From NCBI RefSeq assembly GCF_018977255.1, contig NW_024704742.1, forward strand, positions 21,578,001 through 21,642,000: a DNA stretch of 64,000 bases, read 5' to 3'. Positions within the stretch are counted from its first letter, which is position 1. Each line of letters opens with the position of its first letter. Source of the DNA: Callorhinchus milii (taxonomy: Eukaryota). A program made the translations under genes and the position numbers. Under the pieces are notes generated by a model, which saw only the letters and a list, made by a program, of their open reading frames with translations, did no database searches and had not been told where the DNA came from. Positions 22,381-35,212 of this stretch are shown here, one piece after another.

Positions 22381-25359
22381 TGTCCTTGTACCCTGGGCTG
22401 ACTGGACATGCTGCAGTCATCTTACTGTATACTATTGCGGCTCTGTTCATGGTTAGGTTTCTCATATCCACACCCCATTGTACAGAGGTCTAAAAATTAG
22501 AATATTTTCCATTTGCTCAGCATTGAAAATGAGCCAAATTACTGGAGCTGATCAACTCAATATCGAGACAAAATGGAATTATATTTCCAAGTTATATTTC
22601 CACCTGGTTTCCATGATTTGTTTTTGCTAACACAAATGCTTTTGAGACTGCTGCACTAACTGGCCCAGCGCCATCATTAAAGCCAAGTCAAAATATGGAA
22701 CAGATTTCAAATAGAAAACAGGATCCAAAATGCAGAGCAGACCTGTGTGTCAGTCATAATCTGAAGTGTGAAGAGCGTTAATTCATGCACAAGATCATAA
22801 TTTCCAAAAGTAGACATCTCCAAAAAAGCACAAGTGTTACTTATCTTTGCTATCCCTCAGATAATCAGCCAACTGAGTATGTTGATGTTATCTTTGAGCT
22901 GTCTAGTAGCATTTGGTTTTTAATGGAACTATGCAGCTTCTCAAATTTTGAGACTTGCTTTTTGGTCAGTCCAGCATTTTACTCAAGACAACATCACCTT
23001 GTTCCTTCTTTCTTCTTCAGGCTGTTTTAATTCAATCAAATACTCATTAGGATTATTGAAAAAGCCTTAATGGGTCCATGCTTCCTTCTTTCAACGATGT
23101 CATTGCAGTCAGCAAATGTATAATTCTCCAACTACATAAGATTCCTTGGGGCTTAGAAATTATTTTGCAGCCTTTCTGCTACACCATGAAAATGCACAAA
23201 CCAGCATCAAACAAACGATCACTTTGTACTGAATTAAGTACCTTGATTGCTGCAGGCCTAACACTTTATCCCCTCAAAAGCTCCAGGCACAAAAATCAAC
23301 CAATTTGCTCGAAAGTACAGATTTTCCAATGGCTTTTAATATTGACGATTAAGGGTGAGATCTTGAGATCTGATCTGTGGTCAGAACTTAGTCTTCCTTC
23401 CAAGTCATTGAAAACTATTGTCAACGTCGCACTGCACTTTTTTCAAACTCATTTGGTACTAATATGACATAGGTGGTTTGATAACTAACAATATTTAATA
23501 ATGTTCTCAACAGTACTCATGTGATAAAAAATATTTTGATATCATGCAACCGAAAACAGTTGTATNAAAAAAATGCAAGGATTATATCGGCTGTTATAAA
23601 TTTGAGTGAATATTTTTGGGAAGTTTTGTTTTATGCAAAGTCTCACCTCCAAAAGTAAAACCAGTCCACGTAAGTCTGGATGCAATGGAACTTCAGTTTT
23701 TTTTAATGACATTTTAACTGCTTTGACATTCTGCCAAGATCTGATTAGATGTGACTTCTGTAGCAGATCCAAAACAAGAGAACTAACTTCAGAAATTTCA
23801 AACTATATTTTGTAGGGGTCTTTGGTTAGGAAGTTTATACTTCAACACAAGATCGCACAGTACCTTCGTGCAAATAGCCTTCAGTTCCGGCACACATTTT
23901 TGCAGGATACCATAAACATAACGATCTGTTGCATAATGAAGTTAATTAGTTGTTTAAACACAAATCAACTATCTTACTTTATGACAACAAAACTGAGTAC
24001 TGTTTTGATTTAAACAGGAAACCCAGAAGATAACAATGGATTTTGTATATCTGGATTCTTCCTAACTTCCACAGACGATTATAAAGTTTGCCTGGACTTT
24101 TCCTCTTTTAATTCCATGGTATATATATACAGAAGCATCACAAATTAGTGGACGCCATTTGTCCATCCTTTTAGAGTGACACTGGAGACATAAGCTTATC
24201 TTATCTAGGTAAGATTTAGAATGGTTCCTAATCTAAGTGTTCAGTAGGAGGGTGGCTTTTGTTGGTTTAAATGATTTACGGAATGTAATTGGGCTTTTTG
24301 TTTATTATCCTTTGCATATCTTATCTACATCAAAGTATTATTGTTTCTCAATATGTCATTGTAAGTATTCCCATGTCAACTGTACTATGCCAGACATGCC
24401 AGACATGTTATAAAATTATCAACAGCTAAGCACATTGTGGTTATTCCCAGCCTTAATTACACAAATATTTATTTGAATACCGAGTGTTGTTATATTTCTC
24501 TCATCTATTTGATAATCCCTTGATTAGAAGCCATCTCATCTTGGATACAGTTTTACTGAATATAACCACACACTGTTCAAAACAACAATTTCCAGAATGC
24601 AATTATTCAGTAAACATTATAGACAAGATAATAAAAACCCTGGTAACAGGACATATTCTTTACTTGTAAAATTGTCTCTTCTTGTCCTGGGACTCTGTTC
24701 AACAACCGAATAATACAAGTTCAATCCCTTCCTTTGCTTCTGTGTGAAATAAGCTCAAGTGCAAAACCTGACCACGATGCAAAACTGGAACTGATATCTC
24801 AGAATACAGTGGGAATGAAATTAATGAAGTTTTAAGGCCAACAATTGAAGTCTATAGTAGACAACAATCCACCCTATGGCAAAGAGTAAGATTGGTAATA
24901 GAAGGCACAAAAATGCATGGAAAACAATGGAAGCCGGAATAAACTAGTAAAACAACCAATTTATTTAAGGCAGCAGGGCCAGATTTTGCAAAGTGCACTA
25001 GTATTTGAGCAGTTTACTGTCTGATGAGTTTTGTTAGTCACTTAAAGTTTAGGTGCATTCACTCCACGTTCTCATTTTGCTTTGTACTTCTTTCATAGAT
25101 AGTGAATGTTATTCCTACCTGGAATAACTCCTTGTAGTTAAGATACAATTTAACCATTAGTTATTGGGTTATAATTTTCCTATAACACCATGTTACTATA
25201 GTACCACTTCCCTGAGTTTCAAACATGGTGATAATAAAACCAATTTGACCTGGGTTTGAGAGCTCCATTTCATTAGAGAAGTCTGACTGGCAAATACTGC
25301 AATTTCTATTCACAGATTAGTGCTTGCAAATATATGTGACATCAACAGCAGCTTAGGTA

Positions 25360-25753
25360 TCAGCCTGGCACAATTGGTAAAATTCTTGTCTCTAGGTCAG
25401 AACGTTAGAGGTTCAAGTCCCAAATCTAGGTCTTAAGTGAATTGTCCAGGCTGACACTCCAGTGCAAAGCTAGGTGAGTGCTGCATTATCGGAGGTGTGA
25501 TCATTAAAATGTTAAACCAAAGTTCCATCTGTCTGTTCAGGTGGGTATTAGAGATGAAATGGCATTATTCGAAAAGAGAAAGGAGTTTCCCCTGGTGTCC
25601 TGGCCAACAATAGATTAGCCATTCACTCCAATCATGGGCTGCCTGTGGAATATTACTCTGTGCAAATTGACTGCCAAATTCGCTTACAAATAAACAAACA
25701 ATACACTTCACAGAACCTTTAAGTTGTTATAAGTGCTATGCAAGGATTATTAT
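25360..25753 (+). mobile_element. Deu-domain SINE family B
   Basis: Head, core and tail present. Confidence 0.82.
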
Positions 25754-26179
25754 TTATTAGTAATTATTTTACGTAATTGTATTTGTCCTTCAAAGCACTG
25801 AACTGAAAAATGCTCCTAATTTTGCATCCATTTTAGTAAGATGTTGCACTGCTAGCCTTAATATTCTTAAAGATACAGTGCATAATACTTTCTGAAAGCA
25901 AATAACAGACTCAACCTGAACTGAAATTATTTCTAACACAACCCATAAGGACATGTGGAGCCTGACAATAAAAAGCACGGACCATGTAGCTACCAATATC
26001 AGAAAGTACAGCTACATTTTTACAGGACACAGAATAAAATAACTCAAAAATCTTAAACAAATAAAATGGTAACAGTATATGAGAGGTCATTTTGATAAAC
26101 AATAAGTTCCATCCCATTTCCAATGTGTTATATTAGTTGAGTTTAGAAAACTAATTGATGCTGGTCTCACGTAGCATAT

Positions 26180-26292
26180 GGTCCGAAATTCTACTTAGTC
26201 TTAGCCTGTGACCTTTCTATCTTAAAATTTAAGGTTGTTCAGTTTGTTAAATTTTAAGACAAAATATTCTTACAGACTTAGACTTGAATATT
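26180..26292. mobile_element. Short palindromic MITE-like element
   Basis: tcttaaaatttaa / ttaaattttaaga inverted pair; same family as 19501 and 29653. Confidence 0.5.
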
Positions 26293-26833
26293 ACAGTTCT
26301 TAAAAAGAGACAGCTTCTAAATTACAACTGAATTTAAGGATTTTCTTAAGATGAGGTGAAATTTCAAAGTCAAACTCATTATCAAAAATTGAGTGTAAGA
26401 AAAGCTAAATCAAAAGCATCATGTTAACTGCATAGTGTAATAATGCTCAATACCATTTTTGACCAAAGAGTTAAACAGTTTAAATTTTCACAAGTTCCTT
26501 TTACAAAAAATATGAATGACTCGAATGCAAACCCTGGACTTTCCAATGACTTGGGATTGCCTCATGACCTGAAAGGCGCTATATAAATGTAAATTCGTTG
26601 TTGCTGTTGGCTGCATCCAAAAAGGATATGGAAGTGCATTATTAAAATGCTATGTTTTAAATATAGTATAGATAAAATATAGGTTGCAATATTGCAGTTT
26701 TAACATGCAGGTTGAAATAGCTTTCGAACATCTCAAATAGAATGAGAATGGACTAGATTATTTAGTAACATATTATACAGATATATTATTGCCCCCACTG
26801 CATACTTGTGTCCAGGTGGTACTGATTATTTGC

Positions 26834-26873
26834 CAAGAAAAGGCATGTCATATCAAGAAAAGGCATGTCATAT
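26834..26873 (+). repeat. Perfect 20-bp tandem duplication
   Basis: caagaaaaggcatgtcatat x2. Confidence 0.9.
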
Positions 26874-27006
26874 GATTATTGATTGTCAATTATTGATTGT
26901 ACTATAACATTATTATAGAAGGAACAGATATATAAATGGCCCAGGTACTTTTCAAGCTCCAAGGAAGCTATCCTCCCATGTTGACTTAGAATGGGGGGGG
27001 TGGAAT

Positions 27007-27143
27007 TAATAATAATAATCCTTGCATCTCAAAGCGCTTCACAGAATATACTGTAAAGTGAATTAACTGTATATTTTGTGGGCAAAATGTGGCAGCTAAT
27101 TGCACAAACTGTAAGATGAATTGACTGTGTATTTTGTGGGCAA
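27007..27143 (-). mobile_element. SINE tail fragment with internal duplication
   Basis: Reverse complement of the shared tail; actgtaa..gaatt.actgt..tttgtgggcaaa occurs twice. Confidence 0.7.
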
Positions 27144-28599
27144 ATTCTACTTTAAGTATTTGAATGAATAATTTCTAGGCAGAAACTCATTTCAGCATAC
27201 TGTTCATAAGCTTCATTAAAATGGAGCAACGCATTTTGTTTAGGTCCTGTTGGCAGAAGCATGGATTGACTTGTTGTATCATTAACAACTACATGTGCTG
27301 AAAATATTAATGTTTGATAACAAGCTGGTAAAGCATTTTAAATTTGTTTTTTCTTTTTCTGGATGTATCGGAAAATTATGTCAAGATGGAGAAATTAAAG
27401 TCACTCAGGTCATTCTCAACATTTATGCATTAACTACTGAATGTACTTAGTAGAGAATTCGTTGAGCTTTGATGTCTCAAGAAGAAAGATCTCAATCTTT
27501 TCCTGCTAGCTTTCGTGTCTTAATGGAATCAGACAACATTCATCTGAACCAGATGCCCGTCTGCCTGCAGAATTCTGAGCCTTGGTGTTACATGTCAAGC
27601 CATCCAAGTTTCTGCCCAGAATAGAACGGAAACGTTATTGTACCCTTGCTCCTGTTCATTTTTCTTTCCTAAACATTTTTAAAATTGATCGCAGGACGTT
27701 TTTGTTTAAGAGTATCTGCAACTGACTGACTATTCACTTTACAAACAAATTCATTTTGCGCATTAAACTGTCCAGCAGGGAATGTACGGTTTTATTTAAA
27801 TTTCAGTACATGAACCCAATTCACTAAGGTTATGCTGATAACTTGGTAAACTAGTGTTGTTGTTTGCAAGCCGCCACTATCAAATCAGGGTTTTTCATAC
27901 AACAAGATACATATTTGGAGGAAGATGTGAATTAGTATTTTGGTGCACTGCATTTGTTTCCCAAAATATTGGAGAACAGATTTCAGTGTACAGATCCTGT
28001 AATTTATGGTTGCCATTCATCATCCAGAAATTGTATATTACAGGGTAAACCCTAATTTGGAATGCCTGATTCTTCCACAAAGGGAGGTCACAAGACGTAG
28101 TAATGTCAGACTTAGACAAAACAGCAAATTCTTCAACTGCCAGATGTGTTGCTCAGAGACAGGGTGGTCTTTAAGGTGATTAGGTGTACATACAGAAAAT
28201 CACTTAATGCCATAAACCATGAATGCAAGGTAGACACAGTGACTGATGTAGTGAAAGAGTGACTCACGTCTCCAACTCCAGAGAAAAAAATGAAGTGTGT
28301 GATGGACACTGGTCTTACATTAATCTGATGTTGGACTGATGGAGTAGTAAAGAAAACAATGAGGTCTCTTTCACACTGATCACTAAAAACAGCGATCTTC
28401 CCATTGCTTGTTTATGATCCATCAATAAACAAGTAAAGATTGATATTAATAGGCCACAATATCTACAGATGTAGGTACAGACTCAAATGTCTCTCCTCTT
28501 AATAAGATGCAGTTGTTGTCGATCCCCACCCTGAAGTGATCTAAACTCTATTTCCTTTCAAAATGAATGGAATAAGGATACAAAGCATACAAATTACAG

Positions 28600-29230
28600 A
28601 TACTTGAATGATGTAATGATGAGAAGAATAGTTCTTGTAGTGCAGGCTTCGCCGATGGTGTAGCAAGTTTTGTGGTCAGGTGTCATCTGTTAAAGAGCAT
28701 TCAGAGACATGGGTGAATTGAGCAGATGGGCTCAGGAGTAGTGGATGGATTTTCACATAGATAAATCTGATGAATATTAGAACTTGAAACATATACACAT
28801 AACGAGGAGATGTACAGTAGACCATTTTGAAATGAATATTAATTATTCACTGAAGGTTTTCGGTTAACATGGGACTGATCCAAGTTGACTGAATGCCAAA
28901 TGCATCTCCAGAGCCCCAGATCCTGTGTCTAAGGAGGTTATTCTAATCTTGTACAGAGAGGTCACTAGCGACGCATTATTTCGAATGACATGAACAATTT
29001 TAGACATCTTAACTTCAAATTTGTGGAGTCCTTTAGCCTATTGGTTAAAGCACTTGCCTCGCAAACGAGAGGTTCAAAATAGAATTATTATTATTATTAA
29101 AGTTATATTATGAGAGTTCGGTAAAGAGCATTAAGAGCATCTTGAGATTTAAGCTTGTAAAGTCAAAAAAAGAGATCTGCAGAACTGAATTTGTCTTCCA
29201 TGGAGAAGAGATCGTTACAAATCACTGTAA
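28600..29230 (+). mobile_element. Highly degraded CR1 ORF2, interrupted by a family A head fragment at about 29025-29078
   Basis: Remnants of WA..WMDF..DK and SKEVIL.LY motifs. Confidence 0.55.
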
Positions 29231-29652
29231 GTTGTCAAGCTCATTCGCCCCCTGATCACAAACACATACGTATTTATGAATAATTCTTTATTTAAAAACT
29301 TGCAATCGAGTGTACTATATTTATTCCATTTCAGTGGAGTTACAAGTTTTCAATCAAACATTGTGCTCAATAGGCTCTCACTTCTATAACATATTTGAGA
29401 CACTAGAACCGAGACTAATTTTGCACTTTAATCATTTCCCCAGAACTGTCTCAATCTAAAGAGTTATGTTTCAAAATATTATAATTTAATAATCTGTCTC
29501 AGTGGTGGTCTAAAATTCTAGTGCTGTTACCTCAATGGCATTTTAGAGTATAAATATATTTTGAAGCAAAGTTCGATAGGAAGAGAAGGAGAGAGGTGCT
29601 CATGTTACCAGCAGCCAGTGGCACAGCTAAATCCAGTTCTGAAAACACAGTA

Positions 29653-29877
29653 GGCCAAAAATGTATCATGATCTTGGCATTGATACCATTGTATTAAAAT
29701 TTAAGATTGCAAAACATTTCAGCTGTTTCTTAAATCCATTCTTAATTTGGAAGCTGGTGCCCAACAGTTCACTGAAGGCATCAGCTTCCAAATTAAGGCT
29801 GAATTATCCAAAACATTGCACAATTGTAAATTTTAAGACAATTACCTTAAGGCTGAGACTGGTAGAAATTTGGGGTC
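29653..29877. mobile_element. Palindromic MITE-like element
   Basis: Inner arms 29741-29761 / 29777-29797 are 20/21 complementary; outer arms ttaaaatttaagattg / caattgtaaattttaa. Confidence 0.65.
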
Positions 29878-29974
29878 TAAGCTGAGGTATGTTAGCACTG
29901 GGAAACTAAACACTTCGCCACTCAGTGTCAACAGTATAAATCTGAGTTGCTGTTGTTGATGTTGTAGATAATTC

Positions 29975-30205
29975 AGCACATAAGATGGCCATTTGGCCCA
30001 TCGTACCTCTGCATGCTAGCTCCTCAGAGTTGCTATATACTCTATTCTCAGTTTCTTCCTCTTTCCCAATATCATTTTACATCTTTTTTCTTTAAGTGTT
30101 TATCAAATTTCATGGTAAACAATATGACTGACCCTAGCTTCAACAGCCACTTGCTAAAACATCTTTGTCATCCTAATAAATCTTTGTGTAAAAGTATCTC
30201 TTTTC
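29975..30205 (-). mobile_element. Degraded CR1 3' end
   Basis: ggccatttggcccatc followed by reverse-complemented CR1 3' sequence. Confidence 0.55.
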
Positions 30206-30457
30206 ACCATTGCAGTCTTTTCATTGCAGTCTTCTTCCTTGAATTCCTACAGCGTTGATTTATGTGCATCAATGCAACTGGTTCCAACGCTGAATTGAAT
30301 GCGGGATTGAGTGTGAGCAAAAAAATCCAGTTCCAACACCCAGCTGGTTGGCAAACCCTTGCTTGTCCAGCTCCTTGGAACGTCCTCCCAAAGTGAAAGG
30401 TGCTATGTTAATGCAACTTGTTGTCCAGTATAGTGGCTGTTTCACAGAAATGAAGCA

Positions 30458-30610
30458 GCAACAACAACAACTTGCACTTATATAGATCCCTCCGTGCAGG
30501 ATAGCATCTCAGAGTGTTTAACAGTGGCGGAGCCTGACTCTGAGCCGGGGCTGGCGGGAGGTTGAAGTCCATCTATTTGGTGATGGGGAGCCAGTGGAGC
30601 CTGGCCAGCA
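30458..30610 (-). mobile_element. L2 3' end fragment
   Basis: (CAA)n tail and 3' UTR. Confidence 0.7.
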
Positions 30611-30679
30611 ATTCACTCAAGCAAGCTCTCAGAAATATCCATGAGGTTAAAGGCCAGTCGATCTGGAGGATTGTTAACC

Positions 30680-30895
30680 AGCCCATCAGGAGAAACTTCC
30701 TTCTCGAATCATTCTATGGAATCTTTACCATTTACCCGAAAAGGTAGACAGGACCTTGTGTTAACATCTCAATAGATCTCAGCTCTGATAATGCAGTGCT
30801 CCTGGAGTGTCAGTCTAGACTATGTGGAAAATATTTTTAACCCATTGCTTTCTGACCCAACACAAAAGGTCTATACTAACTGAACCAAGCTGAAA
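30680..30895 (-). mobile_element. Degraded family B SINE
   Basis: Partial Deu core and head. Confidence 0.6.
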
Positions 30896-31967
30896 TCAAC
30901 ATTATTTTCTGAGTCAGGGAAAAGGTGGTGGAATAATCTCCTATATTTCTCTCAAATGTCTTCCACTGAAGTGTAACTAACTGCTGAGCGAGCCATGGTC
31001 CAAGAATAGCGATGCTTCCATTTTTAAAAAAAATCTATTTTTGTTTTGCAAATGTCCCAGTTACAGCATGTTATGATACATTTTACGTACTGTATATATA
31101 TAACATTACATTGTTGATGGACATTATACAAGAGCGTGACAAGTAGTATACAGCAATAAGTGCTTATGGACAGCCTGCTAAATTTTTGTTGATACTCACT
31201 GGGTTTGCCCCAGAGGGTAGGTTTTTTTGAGAAAATAATAATTATTTAACCCTTCTCATTGCAACCCACCAATTTGCTTTTGGATGGCTGATTTGTTGCA
31301 TGCTTTTCCAATTTTGTGCTTATGCTTATGTGGAGGGATTTTGATGTGGTTTTCTATTGCTGGTGAAATGCCAGGAATGGAGGCCAAATTTCAGAATTTT
31401 TTTTTTTTGACTAGTTCAGACTCAACAAGAGCACTTTTACTAGCGCAAGCAATTTCCACAAGACTTTTTTCAACCCACATTGGTAGGGTTCACGAGTAGG
31501 GAGGAAGCGAGGATGGTTTGCACTTCACTGGACTGTAGACAGAAGAAAACCCTCAATTACTTCCCCCACTGGATTCTCATTGGGTTACAATGTGGAATCT
31601 CTACAGTGCTTCGAGACACTACCCTGTGTGAAGGGTGCTACATAAATGCCCATTAGCAAACCTGTGCGCACGAGTAGTGACATTTGGTTGGCCACTCTGC
31701 TTTGGGGCTACCTGCTTGTTAACAGGACACACTAAAAGTGAATGAAGAAAGTCTTTTTTTGTTTTGGGAGTGAGTTGTAAGAATTTTTAAAAAATCATTT
31801 CATGCCAACTCTGGTCTCAAACTCAGCCCCCAGCCCCACTCAGCCCCTGACCCAAGCCCTCACTCAGCCTCTATTGCCAAAATAAGTTATTGCTAAAAGA
31901 TTAAAAGTAACCTGGAAAAGAGCCCTTATTAAGTCACTCATCCCTTGACTGTACTATTAATCTGTAC

Positions 31968-32857
31968 TTTCTTCAGCTCAACGTGCGAAAAACCGAGGCC
32001 CTCCTGATTGGCTCGCGTCAGCGCCTCCGCACCTCAGGCGCCGACACCATCAGCATCCAAGGCTGCACTCTCCACCTCTCAAAGCCAGTCAGGAACCTCG
32101 GCGTTTTGTTCAACCCTGAGCTGTCCTTTCTCCCTCACATCCGCGCCACAACTGGCACCGCCTTCCATCACCTCCGGAACATCGCCAGACTACGGCACTA
32201 CCTCACCCCTCACGCGGCTGAAACCCTGGTCCACGCCTTTGTCACCTCAAGGCTGGACTATGGGAACTCTCTCCTCGCCGGCCTTCCCGCCACCTCCCTC
32301 CACAAGCTGCAGGTCATTCAGAACTCTGCAGCTCGTGTACTGTCCCGCACCAGGCTTCGGGACCACATCACTCCCACCCTCGCTCGCCTCCACTGGCTCC
32401 CCATCCCCCAGAGGATTGATTTCAAGATCCTCATCCTCACCTACAAGGCCATTCACGGCCTTGCTCCCTCCTACCTCTCCAACCTACTATCCCCCTACCT
32501 ACCCGCCCGTACCCTCCGTTCCTCCGGCTCCGGTCTGCTCCACGTCCCCCGCCCAATCGCCCTACCATCGGTTGGCGGCCTTCAGCCTCTCAGCCCCGAG
32601 GCTCTGGAACTCTATCCCCCAGTGCCTTCGCCGCTTCCGCCCTCTCCTCCTTCAAGGCCGGTCTCAAAACCTTTCTCTTTGACCGAGCCTTCAGCTCCCC
32701 TCTCGACTCTCTTCCCCCTTCTCGCTCCCTCCCTTCCCTCCCCTCACCCTGGCCATTTCCCCCCTGCTCGGGTTATGACCCAACTGTGTAGCGCCTTGGG
32801 ACGTCCTCCTGACGTGAAAGGCGCTTTATAAATGGAATCTTGTTGTTGTTGTTGTTG
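31968..32857 (+). mobile_element. Young 5'-truncated L2 LINE
   Basis: ORF 31983-32831: KTEALLIGS, VRNLGVLF, TSRLDYGNSLLAG, LHWLPIPQRIDFK; frameshifts near the C-terminus; CpG retained; (TTG)n tail. Confidence 0.95.
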
Positions 32858-35099
32858 TATTATCCTGACTCCTGCTCACTCTTGCTCCCTGGCTCCTTCT
32901 CTGGGTCTGTTTTAGTTTCTGTGCAGTCTTTGGCCTCGGTCCTGCCTTACCACTACCTCCCACTCCCACTCCAGCCCCGGCTCTTTCATTTTACGCAGGA
33001 ATCTTTCACAAATCCTAGATGCATCCATGTTCTCCTTTGCCAAAATGACTCGGGTATTGAGCATATTTAAAGGTGCGCACTAAAGAATATTTCGAACCAT
33101 AATTTATTCACTATTTTGTTGGATGTTGTACAATGTAGGAGTCCCGTGTGATAATAGAGTAAACATTGCTTCATCCTGTTGGCAGATAGGAGTTGATAGT
33201 GGACTATTTTCTAGGTTCCTTTTAATCTTCTGTTCCTCGTCTTTGGGCAGAGAGAGAGGTCTACAAAGATATGCATGGCCAAGTGACTTAAGTGCTTGTT
33301 TTGCAGGTGGCAGGTGTGGTTTTAGTGCAGTTGGCATTCAGCTTTGAGTGTTTTAAAAGCACTGATGAAGCTATCGCCAAAGAGTTGTGGCAAATTTTAT
33401 GGCATTGTCGTTAGACACTCTGAAGGTTCCTGTAACCTATGAAACTGTATCCAGCAAAGATCTGCACCTTTAGAAGGGGAGAAAAATGAACAACAAAACA
33501 AATAAACTTTGGTCTCCTGAACTCAAACTCCTGCACTCCAGCCCTGCAGCTGCAAGACAAATGTCGTATACAAATGTCACGGTAATCTACTGCAAATTAC
33601 ATTCTGACATATTTGCAGTAACAATGTCACCCAGAAAGAATAATATCCTTTTGTGAATGCCATTCAACATTGGACTGAAATGTAAGGTAACTCCAATAAC
33701 AGAAGGAGAAAAGTGAATCATCCCGTACACACAAATAGGTATAGTGCGGGAAGGTAACACATTACTTGCTCACTATAAGATGAATTATTATGGGCAATGA
33801 AACCGCTCGTAGGAATTTGCTTACTAAAACAGTCACTACATTTGACAAGTACTTGTGAAGGGATTTGAAACATTTTGGAATGAAAAAGCATTGTAAAAAT
33901 TAAAGTTCGTTCTTTCTTAACAGGGGTTCTCTTTATAAACCAACGACGCAACAATCAGCAATTGATAGACTCCTATATCACAGTCTAAATCTACAGGGGT
34001 AAAATAATAGACACGGTGAAATACATTTTGAAGTGAAACTATGATGTGTTAATTTACATTAATGGTAGATAACTGAGGCCTCAACTCATCTGTGGATGAG
34101 ATTTCCCCCCCTCACCACCCTCCCAACTCCATCATAATATTTGAGCCTCCAGCTGCCCCATGGCAGCCATTGAATTCCTGGCATTACAAAGCTGGTTAAC
34201 AGGATACTGGCTTCAGTTTAGCAGGTTAGCTAAGATCAACTGACCATGCTGGGTGCATTGTTTAACCATATGATAATTATCACCAGTATGAATTAACCCT
34301 GCACAGATTGCACTTTTCACCCCCATGCGTAAAACCTGTTCCCAAAGCTCAGAGGAAATTTTTTAAATCGTTCAATGCGGATGTTGATTACAGACAGTAA
34401 GTAGCATATCAGCTCTTACATGATAACAGCTTTGCAACTCACTTCCAAGTGTCCAATATTCGACATTCAGATCTTGCTGCAGTCGATTATTGCATTCGGG
34501 AGCAATGAAATTATCAGCAGAAATTCACTAATAAGTCACTTCGTCAATATGAACTGTGTTTTTTTTTGGTTTTGAGAAAAGGCAGAGTAATAAACAAGAA
34601 CTTGTGGAATTTTAAGTCATGGTTACTTGTGGAGGCACTGCAGAGACAGACCGCATTACATTACTGCCAGACAAATGTTTAGCACAGTGCAGTAAAATAA
34701 ACTTCAGTCAGATGTTAAGCTTCAAATATTATCACTATGTGGACTTTTTAACTATGCATGATAATTTCACAATACTGAGGGACATTAATTTATATCAGGA
34801 GTTTACAAGAAAATCAAAGCTTTAGCTAAGAAAGAACTCAAGTTGTCTTTTGAATGGAGTTTCCCTAAGTGATGAAGGTACCATCTCAAGAATATTATGA
34901 CCTGAGAGAAATGCTAGGTGAGGTGGCAAAATAGTTCATAATAAAGCCCTCTGTAGCACCTTCTGATTTCGGTAAAAATAGTAAGAAAAGCAAAAATGCA
35001 TATTTTGTCACTTACACTCACCCTGCTCAAGAACCAATCATTAAACTAAACACTAGGAACTCAAGATTTTAAAAAAAAAGTATTCACTCTTTGGGGTTC

Positions 35100-35212
35100 T
35101 TTCGCCCACAAAATATTCAGTCAATTCACTTTAAGGTATATTCTGTGAAGCGCTGTGAGACGTCTCAACGACATGATAAGGCGCTATATCAGATGCAAGG
35201 ATTATTTTTATC
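35100..35212 (+). mobile_element. SINE tail fragment
   Basis: Shared tail. Confidence 0.8.

Noticed and set aside
23566..23566. Single N base
   Set aside because: Assembly ambiguity, not biology.
26834..26873. p53 response element
   Set aside because: Half-sites are imperfect, 10 bp apart and explained by a simple tandem duplication; the similar case near 24390 is also non-canonical.
31983..32831. 282-aa ORF as a host gene
   Set aside because: L2 ORF2 C-terminal fragment: 5'-truncated, frameshifted and followed by the L2 tail. The same applies to 4235-4933, 43279-43686, 53244-53645 and 58294-58581.
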